Assembly (NCBI GenBank): GCA_018650285.1
Contig: JABIGF010000023.1
Coordinates: forward strand, 12,091-76,090
Source of the DNA: Methanobacteriota archaeon
Lineage (GTDB): Archaea > Thermoplasmatota > Poseidoniia > Poseidoniales > Thalassarchaeaceae
Reading direction: 5' to 3'
Length of the DNA stretch: 64,000 bases
Shown here: positions 62,537-64,000 of the stretch, one piece after another
How the letters are laid out: each line of letters begins with the position of its first letter
Position numbering within the stretch: the stretch's first letter is position 1
The notes under the pieces: generated by a model
Told to the model about the DNA's origin: nothing
Databases searched by the model: none
Seen by the model: the letters and a program-made list of their open reading frames with translations, nothing else
Translations under genes and position numbers: made by a program

Positions 62537-62797
62537 TTATTCTTCTTCAGTAGCTACTGGGGCGGGGGCCGCTCCATCTCGAAACGCCGAAATTACTTTT
62601 GCTTCTTTTGAATCGGCAGGGTTGATTTGTTCAACACTGTTGATTTTGATTGCTCTTCGACTAACACGATGTCGACTTCCCAAGGTTGATTCAACACGGT
62701 GTTGCGCATCGTCTGCATCGCTTGCCACAACATCTTGAAGAAATTGCTGGGTTACTTTTCCATTGGGGAACTCGCCCACTACACGGTAAGCCTTCAT
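62537..62797 (-). CDS. rplX: Ribosomal protein LX (L18Ae/eL20 family)
   Basis: MKAYRVVGEFPNGKVTQQFLQDVVASDADDAQHRVESTLGSRHRVSRRAIKINSVEQI fits the LX pattern (MK.f.V.G.f......F.kev.A.ne..A.e..ys.lGSkH.vkR..I.I..v.ei). The ORF-track start 62851 would overlap the divergent protease gene. Confidence 0.7.
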   Translation of the reverse strand: MKAYRVVGEFPNGKVTQQFLQDVVASDADDAQHRVESTLGSRHRVSRRAIKINSVEQINPADSKEAKVISAFRDGAAPAPVATEEE

Positions 62798-62849
62798 TGA
62801 GCCGCCGACTTGGGTTGTCGTCTTAAACGCGATGGGAGGTGAAGGGGAC

Positions 62850-64000
62850 ATGAACAGGGGCTCCGGAGCGGTTATTCTGGCAATATTCCTTATTCTTCCG
62901 CTACCGCCGATGCCACAAGAAAGTGGTCAAATAAATGGTGAAATTATAGTTGAATCATCTACACCATGGGATAGTGAGGGGTGGCAATACCTTCTTTCAA
63001 AAAATATGCAACCATTAAGACAACTTTCTGCAACTGAAATGTTAGTATGGGGCCCAATTGAAGAATATAATATACCAGAAAGTATAACTCAATATAGAGG
63101 AAAAATAAATGATTATGAATCTTATTTTGTAATTCTTGAACCACGATTAGCCCCCTCAATAATTGAGGTGGTTATTGATGATTTAAATTCAATAAATTTG
63201 AATCCAAGGGTTGTTTTCTCTGTGGAAGAAAATTCCCCTCTATCAACAATCTTAGTTATTCAACCCAATACACCAATTACAATATGGTGGGATTATGTTG
63301 AAATCATGCACGGAATTCATTGGGTTGAGCCTATTTTAGAAACAACAGGACGAAACGATGTTGCTGCCGCAATTATGCAAAGTGGCAATATGACCACCCA
63401 ACCCGCGTGGTTGTTGGGTTTAGATGGGAGTGGAGTTGTTATTTCAAATGCTGATTCGGGAATAGATCGAGATCACGCCTGTTTCAGAGAAGCGACTCAA
63501 CCTGGTGGGTCGGGTAGTGAATGGAATAATGCGACTGGGACACCTGGAGAAAACCATAGAAAAATTATTTTTCTTAATGAATCGATCGACCAATGGGATT
63601 CTCCTGGAGATGAAAACTATCGCCACGGCACCCACGTGGCGGGAAGTTTGGTTTGCCGTTCTATTTGGGAAGTTGACGCAGAGGGGCGCGGAGATTGGGT
63701 TAACGCCACTCCCGGTGAGGGAACATCAGTAGCACATAGAGCGCGCCTCGTCGTTGAAGATGTGGTTGACGAAGATGGTTGGCATATTCCTGAAATAGGT
63801 GATTTGTTTTGGGATGCAAATAGACATGGTGGAATTATTCGTTCCGACTCGTGGGGTGATGATAGCACCGCATATACGGCGCGCACTAGTAAATTTGATA
63901 CATGGCTCTACCAAGTTCCGTGGTCTGTCTCGTTTGTAGCTCCAGGTAACACTGGAGACGAGGTGCTTGAACCTGCAAATGGGTTGAATGTTGTTTCTGT
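62850..64000 (+). CDS. Secreted subtilisin-like (S8) serine protease, N-terminal part; continues beyond the window
   Basis: This ORF is not in the ORF track because it is open-ended. Frame-3 translation: MNRGSGAVILAIFLILPLPP (signal), a pro-region, then GLDGSGVVISNADSGIDRDHACF (catalytic Asp) and YRHGTHVAGS (catalytic His). An alternative ATG is at 62832. Confidence 0.75.
   Translation, partial: MNRGSGAVILAIFLILPLPPMPQESGQINGEIIVESSTPWDSEGWQYLLSKNMQPLRQLSATEMLVWGPIEEYNIPESITQYRGKINDYESYFVILEPRLAPSIIEVVIDDLNSINLNPRVVFSVEENSPLSTILVIQPNTPITIWWDYVEIMHGIHWVEPILETTGRNDVAAAIMQSGNMTTQPAWLLGLDGSGVVISNADSGIDRDHACFREATQPGGSGSEWNNATGTPGENHRKIIFLNESIDQWDSPGDENYRHGTHVAGSLVCRSIWEVDAEGRGDWVNATPGEGTSVAHRARLVVEDVVDEDGWHIPEIGDLFWDANRHGGIIRSDSWGDDSTAYTARTSKFDTWLYQVPWSVSFVAPGNTGDEVLEPANGLNVVS

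Noticed and set aside
62798-62851. N-terminal 18-aa extension of the LX ORF (MSPSPPIAFKTTTQVGGS)
   Set aside because: The canonical LX N-terminus begins at MKAYRV (ATG 62797). The extension would overlap the start of the divergent S8 protease gene.

Overview
Compact archaeal chromosomal segment with about 60 genes on both strands. Archaeal identity rests on Topo VI B/A, RFC small subunit, archaeal-type DnaG, prefoldin alpha plus FtsY, diphthine synthase, an RpoP-like zinc ribbon, ribosomal protein LX, a Trm5-type methyltransferase and a geranylgeranyl reductase. Together with two giant secreted adhesin-like proteins (about 1500 and 1700 aa), a PhoX-like phosphatase with a PGF-CTERM anchor and a PlsC-like acyltransferase, this suggests an uncultivated marine planktonic euryarchaeote (MGII/III-like); that placement is inference only. 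There are two tRNAs, Arg-CCT and Asp-GTC, and I saw no rRNA or CRISPR array. The clearest accessory region is a 4.3-kb cassette at 33212-37528. It is bounded by gapless, roughly 184-nt imperfect inverted repeats and carries a short serine recombinase, a C5 cytosine methyltransferase with a convergent restriction endonuclease, and two tiny membrane proteins. A CTTG-N15/17-CCCTTGCG module recurs upstream of all three of its transcription units. This is my top candidate for something undescribed. Other points worth a second look: a GHMP sugar kinase / nucleotidyltransferase fusion inside a glycan gene cluster wedged between rplX and pfdA-ftsY; a TTGACCC-N4-GGGTC palindrome shared by two promoters of large envelope/coiled-coil proteins; a trio of large uncharacterised proteins at 40.8-47.7 kb; an RpoP with an extra N-terminal zinc ribbon; a tail-anchored receiver domain; and a YbaN/DUF454 gene with no canonical start codon. 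All functional calls come from motif recognition by eye, with no database search, and several start codons were moved from the ORF-track start to an internal ATG on SD-like or signal-peptide grounds.
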